This document shows positions 29,158 through 43,417 of a stretch of DNA of 64,000 bases, piece after piece. Below the pieces are notes generated by a model. It was not told the DNA's origin. It saw only the letters and a program-made list of their open reading frames with translations, and did not search any database. Within the stretch, counting starts at the first letter, position 1. Each line of letters begins with the position of its first letter. A program made the position numbers and the translations under genes. Source of the stretch: Kudoa neothunni (taxonomy: Eukaryota; Animalia; Cnidaria); NCBI GenBank assembly GCA_964304625.1, contig OZ199840.1:10549220-10613219 (forward strand), read 5' to 3'.

Positions 29158-31619
29158 GGCACTGACTATTGTTACGGATCCTTATAATCCGCGTGTGCAG
29201 TTTATCCATCGCTACTGGAGGGAATAACCCCAAATATAAAAACCCATTTAAATCTGAGATTCACATTTGTAAATAATGATGTTCGGCCTAGCATAATTAA
29301 CATTTTAAAGAAATATACAGCATTAATGTAAGGAGTTTTAGGTTAAAAAATAGTCCTAGTTCACTTATTCTACGTTCATCAAAACAAAACAAAAATGTTT
29401 ATCTAAAATCAATCAGCAAGGAAAATGCTCGAAAAAGATTTACAATTTTGACTTTTGCTTGTATGAGCGTGTGCCAAAAAACGTTTTTAATTTGATGGGA
29501 ACTGAATTATTAGTTTATGAAATTCTTAGAGAAAAACTTTTAAGGTCATGAGTTAGCAATATTATATTCGACTGATTATAATGCAATTTTTTTCTAAAAA
29601 ACTTTGTTATATAAATAAGTAATTTATATTTTAAAAATATGAAAAATTATTTTTGAATGGGTTTTCTTTATCTAAATAAAACGATGGTTGTTAACCCAAA
29701 TCCTCTATGTCGTGTTATTGCTTTAAATCCGGTGGGATGAATACCCCCATATAATATTTATTAACATTTTAATGATTTTAATTCGAATACCAATTAAATT
29801 TTATAAAATTTGGACTTACCAGAATTTTACGGTGAAGATGGGTATTTGGAAGGAAAATTCGCGGATATTTCCTTACTTAATGGTCTTACCAATAACAGCG
29901 ATACGTAATTTTTACTTCAAAATAGGGAAGCAATCTAAAATTTGTTTCGAGAACTCATCAATGGTTACTTGAAATTTATTACACAAAATGCATTCATAAC
30001 TATCCGAATTTCTCGAATTGAATCGATAGCAGCAGTTAAATACAAATGTTTGCTAATAAACATAAAAATTTTGGAAGATATCCGAATTGTATGAAATTAC
30101 AATCATTGTGAATCCTAAATTTTATATGTTGCATCTCTTAGAATTAATTCTAGGAAAAATTTAAGGGTTCATTAAATTAGTTGACCAAAAAAGAATAATC
30201 CAGTAACAACATTCTTGTTATATTTTAGAATTTTAACATCACAATTAAAATTGGTAATAAACATATTGATAGCCGTCAATACATCCATGCTGGTAATTCC
30301 CCTTGTTTTCACGCCGTGTGGGACCTATATTGGGATATTTTTACTCAGTTCGTGCTATAAAATTTGTTGTATACGTTTTTTAGAAACTACAAGTGATACT
30401 AATTCAAAAATATGATCATCTTAAACATTGATTTTTTGTTGATCTGGTAAAAATTTGTATATCGAAGCATCACAAGGATGATTATGGATCTCATGTAACA
30501 ATTTAATTTCCCCAAATTTTTCATTTAATCGCTGTCTCTAAAAGTAATTTAGAGAGTCAATTACCTTTGAATGCTTACGATTTTTGTTCTCCTTCAGCTC
30601 TCTATTTGTATACATGATCAAAGAAGATTCCGAAGGTTATTGCGTAGTACATTAAAGCTTCATTAAAATATTTAGAATTTTATATTTTTTTGCAATGTTC
30701 TCATTTTTAATTTGCAAAAAAAATATTTTTTCAACGATAGATATGACTTTTAAGGAGTCATATAAGTCAACTTTCAATCCAGGTGATATTAATATCGTAC
30801 AATCGACCATACAGTGAAAACTTAGATTCTCCCAAAGGTTACTGTAACAAAGAATACAAAACGTGGTTCTTTCTATTGTAGACATTAATTTAAGATAATC
30901 TATTAGTGTAAAAGTTAAGTTTCTTTATAAATTATTATTTTATTAAACTAACAATTTAAATATATATATATATATATATATATACGTAGCAATAACATTT
31001 ATGAAGACGGAATTATGCTCGCCGCTATATAATTGAAAACCGTAAGCATTTATGTTAATTTTAACTACAAAATTAAAGAATTCTTTAAAAATATTTACTT
31101 TAATGATTTACTGAGTCAATTATATAGAATCCGGTAATCGTTTTCCATGAATAACGTTATTGCTTAATATTCTTGTAGATATACATTATTTAATATATAA
31201 ATATATTATGTAAACCAAATATATTAAATAAATAGAAACACTTCATAAACAAATAGTTTGGGATATTCTAACAGATTAGATTAGCTGTGTTAGGTCCAAC
31301 ATATAATGTACAATCAAGGGTAGTAAGATGAACGTTTTTATACATAAAATACAATGTCCAGTATTTGGTTTCCAGTTAACGAAACATTCATTAGTAAAAC
31401 TTAAAATATTTACATTATATCACTCATAACAAAACCTAAAACAAGAAATTTATATGCACAATATTAGAAATATAAATAGCTCAACTTTTCTCTAAAATAA
31501 TTAATTATAAACATAAATTTCAAATTTTAAATGAGTTTGTAGATTTGAAGTTATTTCCTTCCGTAGCATTAACAATCCGTGCATGCGGATTATACGGATC
31601 CGTAGCAATAACCACTGCC
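29158..31619 (-). mobile_element. Mutator-like element (MULE) with ~120-bp imperfect TIRs and decayed transposase
   Basis: GGCACTGACTATTGTTACGGATCCTTATAATCCGC at 29158 is inverted at 31619 (GGCAGTGGTTATTGCTACGGATCCGTATAATCCGC). 9-bp TSD AAAATTTTA / AAAATTATA. Minus-strand remnants FLELILRDATYK (~30120-30155) and HEIHNPCDASIYKFLPDQQK (~30435-30495). Confidence 0.8.
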
Positions 31620-32667
31620 AAAATTATAACTTATCAAAACATTTTTCGTTATTAATTAAAAAATTGATATTTCTATTAATTTGTACAATCAATTAAAAAA
31701 ATATATAACCTATAAATCAAAAGAACAATCATATTTTTAGAAGAGAGAGAGCATAGAGAAAATCTATTGATGTGAAATATAGGATATTATCTCAAAATAA
31801 TAAGACCGATTTTAAGAATTTTAATTAATGGTACTTCCTTATTTGTAATCTACTTTAAAGTTTAAAATTGGAAAAAACTTTCCTATATATCAATAAAGAA
31901 AAAAATTATTTATCACAACGTTCTAGTTTTCATAATTATTGTTATTTATAAATTTAAATAAAATAAAATACTTCTATATATCATTAAACGTAGTAATTTT
32001 GTAAGTTATACACTTTTTAATACGCCACTGAAGTATAATTTTATAGTATTTTTTAGCCAAGTTATAAATTTTATGAATCAACTTTATTTTTTTCCCCTAA
32101 TTTTTGAAGGAAGGGAATTTTTCAGATTAAGTAATCAGCGTATAATTTTCATAAATTAATTTCAGCCACTGCGATTTATTCAGACCTATTTGATGAATTT
32201 ATTTTTTTAGATAAAAGAAGTAATTCAATCTATTGATTAATTTGCTTTATAAAAAAGATTATGAACAGATTGTTTTGATAAGGTATAGTTGCTTCAAGAG
32301 TTGAAAAAATAAAAACTTTTAATAGATACAGTATAAAATGTAAAAATTAAGTTCTAACTTTTCTCCTTTACAGTGAAATTTTATAATAGAGAATCATTTC
32401 ATTCCTATAAAGAATAAAAACACCAAAACAAAAAAATTAAGATTTGGCCATGTGTTGTTTTTTAATTATATGGTAAACTATTTTCGGAATTCTAACTCAT
32501 CTCTGACTTAAAAGTATTTTGTTATTAACGATGATTTATCTCAAAATGAATATCCGAAATTTTGCTATCCAAAAAAATCATTTTACTTAAATTTTTTTAA
32601 TTTAACATTAAATGGACATATGTGAAATATGTTAAAAAATGATATTTTTATTTGTTCAACAAATAAT

Positions 32668-35520
32668 ATGTATATGTTTAATTGGAGTATTATCTGATAG
32701 TATGCGGCTCGAATCAGGTAATCTACAGATTATAAAATCGTCTAATCATAGCAACGTTTTTCTCGCGTAGTCATTCATTTATTATATGAAAAGCGCTTCC
32801 CGTCTGTCTTATGCACGTATTAATCTTAATATAAATGAAATTTTACATTATAATTTATTATAGTTCGATATTTCAAAATATTTTTTCCATTGGGACCAAG
32901 TTTTTTTTAAAATGTTTTGGGCTCCACCCTTCACAAAAATATTGATTTTTGAATAAAACAACTTATAACTATGTATCAAGCTTGATACCACATTAAATTT
33001 TGATAATGATTAATATATTCTCCTTTCCGCTTTAAAATTCAAACTTGTTCAATCTGGTTTAACTTAGTTTATCGGTGGCCCTTAAAAATTAACGTCATTA
33101 ATTCTTCAATACGTTGAAAACGACGTTAAATGAAACTCGTCCTAATCCAACCCTCATTAAGCAAAACATTCGTGTATAGGGTCTTATAAACCGAAAATAT
33201 ATAATAATGATAGAAAATCAATCAATAGTATATTAGGCTCAACCAAAAATAGGGTGTTCATGTTAATAAATGAGACAAGTTTGAGATTACAAACATTCCG
33301 GTTATCTTCGGTTAATACCAAGTTAATTTTTCTTATTTTAATTTTTTATAAATAGCCATTTCTTCCGGCGTTGTTTTATGATTTTAATAGTCACCTAAAA
33401 ATAAATAAGCTACAAAATCATGTTATGTAATTAATGGTACGATACATTGTCCAGTTACCGCGCCATTATCCATGTCACATCAATACCCATGAATCTCGGC
33501 CTCCAACCAGAATCGTTCATTAAATGATATAACAATTCCAGGACCCACCAAAATTTGTCGACGCCACACGTTTGGGCGTGACCCCCCCCCCCCCCCCCCC
33601 CCCCACGTTAGGAACATTGTTATAATTAATGTTAATTGAATATATCTATAATCTTATCAATACATTGATTTATTCTCTTCAATCATGAGTTAATCGAAAA
33701 TTTTTAACCCTCGGCCAAATTTTATTATTTCGTAGAGTATAGAACGCCAAATGAAATCCTTATATTATCAGATACTTTTAATTATATCTATAAAATTTTG
33801 CATTTCAGGTTTTTTAGTTTGATTGACCTTCTTGTTTAATTCTATTCTTCAGATCATATATTACCTTCTTATGAGAGGGATGAGGGAGACTGGCCCATTG
33901 GTGTCACCAGAAGTATGGAGAATGTGATTGACCGTTGGTTTATTGACATCAGTGATGCCAAATGCAAACCTCTCGAATACCGCGGTATCAAAGGAAACTA
34001 TAACAATTTCGCATCAAAAGGACTTTGCGAAATGCATGGTATATTTATTTCAAAAAACATCTATTAAGATAATTCCAGGTAAGTTAACGGAAAGAGAAAA
34101 GCTTCAAGGATGCAAAAAACCATTTCATCCTGGACACTGCGTTAGAAACTCAGTCGTAACTGAAAAATATTACTTTGACCAGACAAGTGCTACATGCAAG
34201 ACATTCAATTATAATGGATGCGGAGGAAGTTTTAATCGATATGATAATGAAAAAGAATGTTATTTATATTGTTTCAGTAAATATAAAAATTATTTTATAA
34301 ATCATTTTATTATAATAACTTTCAGATAAAAAGAATGGAGGACTCACTAATGCAGATGATGATAAAATAAATGGTGTTGAAAACAAGAATGATTATTTAT
34401 CTCCAAATTTATTGGATTGTACATTAAGACCCGACGTTAAAGACAAAGATCCTAGCACAGCAATTATTGCTGACGTTAAAAATCGAAAGTGTGCATATGC
34501 TGCGGCCTCAATAGACTCAAATACAAGAGGAATCTTTAGTTCCTTTCATCAATGTGTTAATAAATGTTATCGTATATTTATCGTTGTTTATTACGTCTCA
34601 TTAAATAATTATAGCTTATGATCATGATTCAAAAAATAATGAGGCAAATAACAGTAACAAGAAAGTTGCTGCATGTAAAGGGAATCCTGTTCAATATGCC
34701 ATGAGTGGATCAGGCAAAAGTGAAAATACTGAATTCAGATATTATTATGATTCTGCAGAAAAAGTTTGCAAACGATTGGAAACTGGTCCACGATCGGAGA
34801 AAACATCTGAATTCGACCCAGCCGAAAACAACTTTCCTACCATGGAAATGTGTCATAGTTATTGTGGAGCAGGTATTTAATTTAAAAAATATATATTCAA
34901 CTCGAAATTTTAAAATAATTACATAATAAATTGATGGAAAATGAATTTAGAGAATTATAGAAAGGAAATAAAAATTGAAGAAACGTGTGTCCAATCTAAG
35001 GCGGGTGAATCAAGCAGCGGAACTTTTAAAGCAAAGAGGTTCTACTACGATAAGGACGAACATAAATGCAAATCATTTATATACAAAGGATACGGTGGTA
35101 ATACGAACAATTTCAGAACAGGTGAACAATGCAAAGCAATATGTGGAAACCACTATAATGCAGATAAAAATGTAAATATTGAAGATACCGCCACTATTCC
35201 ATAAATACCATGTATCAAAATTAAAAATTAGAAACAGATATAATTATTTTAACCTAGCAAGAGTTTGACCTTTACAAACATTTATTTAACTTTTCTATTG
35301 GATATACATACAAATAATTGTCATAATTAAATCGTGTATTTGGATAATAAAATCATTCGTGCCGAATATAAAAATGCTAGAGTTAAAATTAATTGAATAA
35401 TAGCTACAAAACTTGGAAAATTTGCTGAAATTTATCACATTGATTCAGTTGTGTGTTATATGTATAGACAAATACTTTATCAAGAAAAACGTAAATGAAT
35501 ATATTCATATTAATTAATAA
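32668..35520 (+). repeat. Segmental duplication unit A (~1.1 kb upstream + Kunitz gene + 3' flank); unit B is ~42351-45053 plus ~50415-50540
   Basis: Colinear similarity from ATGTATATGTTTAATTGGA (32668 / 42351) through the gene. The 3' flank homology resumes after the hAT insertion in copy B. Confidence 0.85.
33751..35204 (+). CDS. Secreted five-Kunitz/BPTI-domain protein, copy A (~399 aa)
   Basis: Exons 33751-33808, 33853-34038, 34079-34276, 34326-34571, 34615-34872 and 34951-35204 (1200 nt, all phase-1 introns). Signal-like MKSLYYQILLIISIKFCIS. Kunitz motifs include YYFDQTSATCKTFNYNGCGGSFNRY..EC..YC and RFYYD..CKSFIYKGYGGNTNNF...C...C. Confidence 0.9.
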
Positions 35521-38359
35521 TAGAAAATATACGTGTATTTACGTTTGAATTATATCAAAAATTAGTAATATTTTTATTTTCGAATCTCTTCTAAAATGTA
35601 AATACAGTAAGTAGCCATATTTCCCAAGTTTTTTAAAAACATTACATACCTTAAAATATTAAATGAGAAGTACTTATATTTCTATTTAAGACCATTTTGT
35701 TTATTATAGGTTGGTCAGAATTAAAATAACGGAGAAAATAGAGAATGTAAAAGCACGTGATTAACCAGTTTTACGTAATTTTCTGAGTCTTTAATGTTTA
35801 TTGACTGGCATTTTTATTTTTAGTGGCTGGACTAATTATATCAATAACAGGGATAAAATGATTAATTAAAAATTTTAATGCAATACAATAGCCTGTACTT
35901 TTGAAGGGACGAAAACTACTACTATACTGCAATTCAGTGTCATAAATTAACACACATACTGGAATCTTGAAGTATAATGAAGAGTTACACGCAAACATTG
36001 AATATGGATTGGTGAAAACTGTATAATACATTTAAATAATGAAAATCCCGTTAACTTGGCCAAAACATTCATAACCGGGTTTGATGAAAGCGATTGAACG
36101 AAATAATGTGTTGCGTATACACTAAATAAATGAAATAGTATCGGAAGGTATATCTCAATATTTCATGAATATTGACTTCCTTAAACTATAAAGTATAATA
36201 TAAAATAAATAAATAAATTTTTATGACCGGATTATCTCTGTTGATCCAATTATCAATTTTAACTGGAAAGTTCAAACAATTATGACAGAATATTCTGCTA
36301 ATTATATCTACTAAATTAATAACTGTTTTTTAATCAGAAACCCCAGAGGAATAACTTAATATTTTGACCACCATTTGTTATTATGGAAATAGTTAGGTAG
36401 AAACGGATTATAACAATATTGAAGATTAGCGCCAACGCCCCGCTTTACGGAGGCTTCCTTGCCTAGCCAAGTAGGTTAAAACCTGGCGCAGATTAAAGCC
36501 TTTTTGATTTTTGAGTAAATAGCGCTAATTCCCAGCTTTACCTGGTACTGTGTGATGGATAATTTTAACTTTTACTTTTATTTTTGAATGGAGAAATTCT
36601 ACGGAAGAGTTAATCTAATTAGCATGTTAAACCCTGTAAAATTTATTGTTATATTTTAATTGTTGCATTTTATAGCTAGACGTTATTTTTGCAATGGGAT
36701 GATTTAGAAAAATAAAATTATGCGCGCACTTTACATTCAAATATAAATAGAGGTGTCGAGGGAAACTAATGAGTATGTTTAAGTTTATTTTACATATCAT
36801 AGACCAAAAATATAATAACCTTAATTTTATCAACGGTGTAATTACCAATTAAAGTTCCTTTATTTATTAAACAAAATCAATAAGTAATTTAAATAGAGCG
36901 TTCAATTCTTTTAAAAATTTTGCGATAAAAATCAATCCTAGTTATAAAATTTATTATTAAGCTACAACCGATTAAAAAAATAAAATTGACCTAAGACACG
37001 TCAGAAATAAAAATATTAATTGTTACTCCTTTTTTTGCAATTTTATAAAGGGTGTTGATGAGGTTTTAATACTCTGTGAGTGATAACCCACGTATTCACT
37101 ATTTTAACATAATTTCCCCATTTTTAAATAAATGAAACCCATCTTTTTAATAAAAATACTTACTGGTTCAAAAATATACTAATTTAATTAACTAAATACG
37201 ATTCAATCTAAGATGTAAAGTTGTTTTTGGTTTGAATAATTACAGTAATACTTAAATATCAACTGGTTTCATCGATGGAGTGCTCCCTTTTAAAAATAAA
37301 CGGGCTGTTTGATTGCTCTAAAAAAAGTTATTTGTATTGAACTATTATTAGATTAACGAAAACTTTGCGAAAATATCGGTTAGATTGAATAGACCAATAG
37401 TTTCTAATTAATTTACATGGCACGTAATGAAATTGAGGGGGGACTGTATTTTGTGCAAAAGTAATCGTGAATATAAATCCTTAAACTACGTATAGAATGC
37501 GGTGTCGCATATTTTTATGCAGCTTTTTTATCATAATGAATTAATGCGAGCCTAAAGAAAACAGTATATTGATTTGAATATTAACCTTAAGGTCTGGGGG
37601 TAATGATTAATTAGGTTGCTAAGAACTTAAACATTATTTAAAAAATTATCGAATTAGTTATGCTAGCTATTTTCCAATAAAGTTTAGGATAACCAAAAAT
37701 GAGTATAAATTTATCAAAAAGACGAATATAGTTTAAAACTCAATCGATAATTTTGATAAAAAGAAATTTTCACATCTCAGGAATTCCATTGAAGCATAAT
37801 TTTCATTTAAGAAAATATCACATAAATTTAATTATTTGAAAACTCTACACATATCTTACATCGTTCTTGGAATGCGTAGAGACCAAACTTATTCCAGCAT
37901 GGCAACAACTATAATTTCGAATTATGTGTTTTATTTAAATAATCATAATCTTTTTCGCCAAAATACATCCATAACGCTTGATAATGAAAATACATCCTAA
38001 ATGACTTTGTTATGCTTCAAATTTTAAGGGAAATGCAACAACTCCTGTAAATGTGACGTTAACAGTTTTATCTGTCTTAAAATTACTCCAAACAGGCATA
38101 TGTAACATTTTTTAAACATTCTATACTAAAATTAACGTACTTAACTAATATATCGCGAGTAAAAGTTTATTCAAATTAAGTATCACTCCGAAGTAAACAA
38201 ACATCAATATTATTCAGGTACTTTTTAATCTGTTAATTGATACAGACAACCAGAAAATTCCTTACTTCTGACTGCGATATTGGTTATGTAAACAATTATA
38301 AGTCAATTAACAATTTTTTGTAATGGTGTCATCCTTCCAAATGTATACTAAAATTTTTA

Positions 38360-39576
38360 CAGTATATGACGAGTTGCTCGCAACTTTTAGTAGATCTGCG
38401 CGTTTCGTTGTTTCAAATCACCCAGGTTAGAAAGGGTTGATAATCAATAGAATTTATTTTTTGTAAAAATATTCCGTAATTTTAGTATTTTCCGTGTTTT
38501 CATATTTATTTAATGTATTGCTTAAGTTGGCCAAAGTAAAATAGGACAGTTTTAGAAATTAATGTTTTTATTTATTTATATTTGGACTAATAAATATTCT
38601 CTTGGATTTAAATTTCAGTGGCATCGTCTGGATATTCACTAACTTAGTGATAATTTCATGGATATGGGAAATGACAGTCTTTCCGATATCCATGACGTTC
38701 GATATTATTTCATCATTATTCATTTCATTTACCTCCTCAGAAAATTTGTATTCTAAATTTTAATCATCGTTTTTATCTTAATTATCCGTAATAACAGAAA
38801 TATTTTTTGCGATTAAATTTCGCCATAACAAAACAATTAAAGACAGTTGACTTAATCATCGAATCCCACAAATCCGCCTTCAAAAATGTGCATTCAAAAT
38901 ATTCTGAAATACAGGTTCCATAGAAACTTTAATGGAAGAAATGTGGCGTTTTATCTTATATATTTTATAATAGAATTTTAACGAGTATATTATGCTCTGA
39001 TCTATGGGTTGGGGAGCACTCGGGGTGTTTTGGGAAAGAAAAATTAGTTGAATATTTGAATATTCCAAATTTAAATGACAGTTGGCTTTGTCTAAAAATA
39101 AAAAATCATTACTCTATTGTTTTTGTAAGTATTTCGTATTTTCTTAGACAAAACTGCGCTTAAATGCGCAAATTATATCAACCTTTTATTTAAAATAAAA
39201 CACTGTAGTTAAGGATGATGCATTAAAAAGTTTTGTAGTTCTTGATTTTACTTCTGCTTTTGACTGACTGTCCAAATAATTGATTATTTTTTATTCTTCA
39301 GAAATAGAGCCAACATTGTTTTGTATTTTTATCTTCAATCAATAGTTTATACAATAAAATCTGGGCGTTTGTTCCCCCGAAAAGTTACGAACCACACGTC
39401 AGTCTATAAAAATAAGGTAAACTTACCAAAATTTAATTATTAGAAAGTTAATATTTTTTCAACTCAATGTGTTTACTCGAATGTGTATTTTGAGTTAAAA
39501 ATGTAACAGTTCATTTTCTTGATAATTTCTAATTTTTACGTATTTTCGAATGTTACGAACCACACGTCATCGACTG
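38360..39576 (-). mobile_element. pogo/Tigger-like element remnant
   Basis: TA|CAGTATATGACGAGTTGCTCGCAAC versus inverted CAGTCGATGACGTGTGGTTCGTAAC|TA (19/25). DDE_1-type motif FLDKANCH...NIQLIFLSQNTPSAPQPIDQSIIYSLK. Confidence 0.75.
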
Positions 39577-39583
39577 TATTTAA

Positions 39584-42218
39584 CCCTCGGAAGACGGAGG
39601 TCCAAAAACTAACGCGGGTGACGAAAAGGATGCATTATGCACCCAGAAAATTTTCATGTTATTGCACTTATGTGCCTAAACAAGGCATATCATATGCTTG
39701 GCAATTATTTTAACATTAAAAAATCATAAAAAGTAATAATAATTTAGGTATATAATAAGAAACATGCATTTAACCCTTAATGGACCACCTTCTGGCGCTC
39801 ACACAAAGGACCATTTTGGGCCCCGCGAGCCCCAGAATAAATCTAAGCTTAAATTGGTTAAATATGTTTATTAGCGCGATTAACGCTTAATCTATATTGC
39901 ATCGTAAGGCCTAACAAAAATAAGACATATTTTCATTACGTAGAGTTACAAAAAGTAAAAGAATGTTTTCAAAGAATATTCGGTACAGTCACTCTTATGA
40001 CACTAGCAAAAAACATGTTTGCTTCTGCGTACGACATTGGATGGGCAAAGATAATAGAGCCTTATTTTATTTTCATCGTGTCATAACTTTTTGTGTAATG
40101 AATATCAAAATCATATCTTACGATGTCCATTGAACGCTTTTCGTTCGGCTGGAAAGAAATTTTAGGATTTTTAAATCTTGTATTCTCTCCATCTTTTATC
40201 AATGATATATCCAAATCATTTTCCGAACTCTCATTTAACACATTATTTTGGACAAAAAATTCTAGATGGCTCGATGAAATACTTTCATAATCAGACGGCA
40301 TTTTGATTAACTTGCAAAAATTTGTTTGAAATTAAAAAAATAAAACAAAGGGTTACATTCGTGATTAATGACTGCATTACATGCTTAAAATTAATCGAAA
40401 ATGGATTAAATAAGAATTAAATTTTAAAATAAAAAAACTAAAACAATTTCCAATTAAAAAAAAGATTATTATGAATTAAGGTGAAATTTTGGTTAAAAAT
40501 AATGAATTTTTGAGGGACATAAACAAAATTTAGTAGGCAGATGAGCTCGTGGAGCCCAGGATAGTCCATTAAGGGTTAACTGATAATCATGATTGGCGAA
40601 AGAAACAACGAATCAATTATATATTCGATAGGAGTATATCTTACAACAAACTAAAACTCAGAATAAACCATTAGAGGAATAAACATTCAGCTTCAATGCT
40701 TTTTTCGCAACTCCATCGTACCGCCAGCTAACTCAGGGGTTGTAGGTTACGGATTATTCTCGTTAATCTCATAGATGAATATTGAGATTAATTTGGAAAG
40801 GATTTCTTCTTCAATCAGACAATTATTTTTTAAATTTAATTTTAAATTTAATAATTGGATAAGAAAAAATATTCACTAATGAGAAATAGTGGAGGAAAAA
40901 TGAAATCAATTACGTGTGTATACATACACTTAACTGAACGATAGTAATAAAGTATTTTTTAGTTACTTGCATTATTACCTCTCATACCATATTACGTTAT
41001 TGTTGACTGTTGTTTTATTAGTTAAATTGAGTTTTTAACACGAAATAAAAAGTCCACGATTAAATATGTCGGTTAAACAATTTGTATATATTAATTATCA
41101 TAATTTTGAGTAAAGTATAATTTTTCGATTTTTCGATTTCTTCACAATATCCATAGAAATGAATATCATATATTTAAATAATATTTGCCCCAAAGTAGTC
41201 TGTGACTTAAATAGATATATTGAGGTCAAATTATTTTATGAACATAAGTTTGATTTCAAATTGATATTTGGATATTCTAAATTCTTTTATTAATTTAATG
41301 AGGATGACATAAAGTTTGTTTGAATATTTAAGGAGAAATTCAGGTCTTTTTGTCATTATTCCTTCAAAAGTGATTGTATCTTCATTGTACCGGGATTAAA
41401 ATTATTTCTTTAGAAATAAATGTTGAGTCATCCCTCATATACTTATTAAATAATACAAATTTAATTTTAATATGAGAATATTGAATATTTCCTAAACTTA
41501 CACGACTCAAAATATTTGATTTGGTGAATTCCAATGTATGTTCTCGAAGAAAATATTGTCACCGATTTCGATCACTTGTTATCACTCTGGAAATGTTAAT
41601 ACACATATTATACAAGCGATAAATTCTGGTACATCAGTAAGGTCCATAAACCTCCTGAAATGTCATCTTCTCGTTATACAAACACAACTGTAGGGTTACG
41701 CCATTCGAACACCACTGTCAAACCCTTTTTGGTTTGATTATAATCGCTAATAATTTCGGAGTCGTTTTTGTATGATCGCTCAATAGCACTATCATGGAAA
41801 ACTGTTGACGATCGAAAAATATACACATCTTCAAAACACAAATAGCAAAACTACCAATAACGTGCCTTAAATTAATACATAAGTAATCTCATCGCCCATC
41901 GGACTCTGTGGGTTTGAGTTAAAGTGTGATTTCTTAAGGTTCTTACAGATTTTATTGAGTCTTATTAATGTGAAAATTAATTTTACATCGTATAATAATC
42001 TTTACGTATCTTTTGAAATGACATTTCAAACTAGCGTCAGTCATCATTTTAAAAGAGTTATATTAAGTCAATTTATTTCAAATTGAATATTGTGAATTTT
42101 TTAAATAAAACAATGAATTATATATGAGAGATTTTGCTGAGTATAAGGTCTAGATTTAATTTTTAAAAGGGGAAATTACAAAAATTGGGGCATAATGCAC
42201 CCCTTCGTCCCGGGAGGA
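39584..42218 (-). mobile_element. Decayed piggyBac element containing a nested piggyBac MITE
   Basis: TTAA flanks at 39580-39583 and 42219-42222. Inverted GACGAA..GG.TGCATTATGC.CC motifs lie near both ends. Minus-strand remnant resembling PEIIxDYNxTK (EIISDYNQTKKG) at ~41720-41760. Confidence 0.65.
39774..40575. mobile_element. piggyBac-type MITE nested in the element above
   Basis: TTAA|CCCTTAATGGACCA ... TAGTCCATTAAGGG|TTAA (13/14 TIR match). Confidence 0.85.
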
Positions 42219-43417
42219 TTAAAAAAGGTTTTTCATGGCGCACGCGCACTACTGCAGACATACACACTCTACAGATACAAGAACTTAATATACAGTAGAT
42301 AGATTTGAAAAAATAAAGTTTAAGATATTTATATTTATTCGGCAAATAACATGTATATGTTTAATTGGATTATTGCTTGATAATCTGTGGCTCGATTCAA
42401 GCAATCTGCCAAAAATAAAATCGTTGGATCATAAACACGTTTTTCTCCCTTATTTATTTACTTGTTGCATAAAAAACGCTTCCTATATGCCTTATGCACA
42501 TATTAACCATAATATACATGAAATTATTTACTAAGATGTATTATAATTTGATATTTCCCAACATTTTTTTCTATCGTAATCCAATTATTTTTGAAAAAGT
42601 GTTTTGGGTTCCATCTTTTTCAAAGTATTGATTTTTGAAGAAGATTCCTTATAACGTTGTAACAAGCTTTCTATCACATTAAATCTTGAAATGACTAATA
42701 TATTCTTCATTCCACATTAAAACTCGAATGAATTCAATCAGATATAATTAAAATTAATCGATGGTCCTTTAAAATTGTCGTCTATAATTTTTCACACCGT
42801 TAGAAAAAACATTAAACTAAACTAGTCGTAATCAAATCCACACTAAGCAAAACATTCGTGTATAGGGCTTATAACCCGAAAATAAATAATAATGGTAGAA
42901 AATCAATCAATGGTATATTAGACTAAAATAAAAACAGAGGAGATCACGTTAATTAATGAGTCAAGTTTGAGGCTACAACTATTCCAATTCTATTCGGTTA
43001 AGACCACATTAAATACTCTCATTTTAATTTTTTATAATTAGCCATTGCTTTTGGTGATGTTTTATGATTTAAATAGTCACTTAAAAATAAAGGAGATCCA
43101 AAACCGTGTTACCGAATTAATATTACGCCACATTGTCCAATTAATGCGCCATTATCCATGTTACATCAATACTCATGATTTTTCGCGTGCATCCAGCGAT
43201 ATTCATTAAACGTTAAAACCTTCCAATGACCCCAAAATTTTTCCACGCCTCAAGTTAGGACGTGGCTCCTTACGTTGGGAAAATTGTTATAAATTGTGTT
43301 AATTGAATATGTCTATAATCTTATTAATACATTGAATTATTTTGTTCTATCATGAGTTAATCGAAAATTTTAAACCTTCGGCTAAATTTTATTATTTCAT
43401 AGGGTATAGAAAGCTAA

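Noticed and set aside
35750-36110. Coding-like stretch downstream of Kunitz copy A
   Set aside because: No consistent spliced frame or recognisable motif could be built.
36425-36560. Possible HDV-like or hammerhead ribozyme, tRNA or bona fide U4 snRNA
   Set aside because: The HDV P1/P1.1 pairing could not be completed, there is no CUGANGA/GAAA core, no T-arm, and no U4 k-turn. Kept only as an unassigned candidate.
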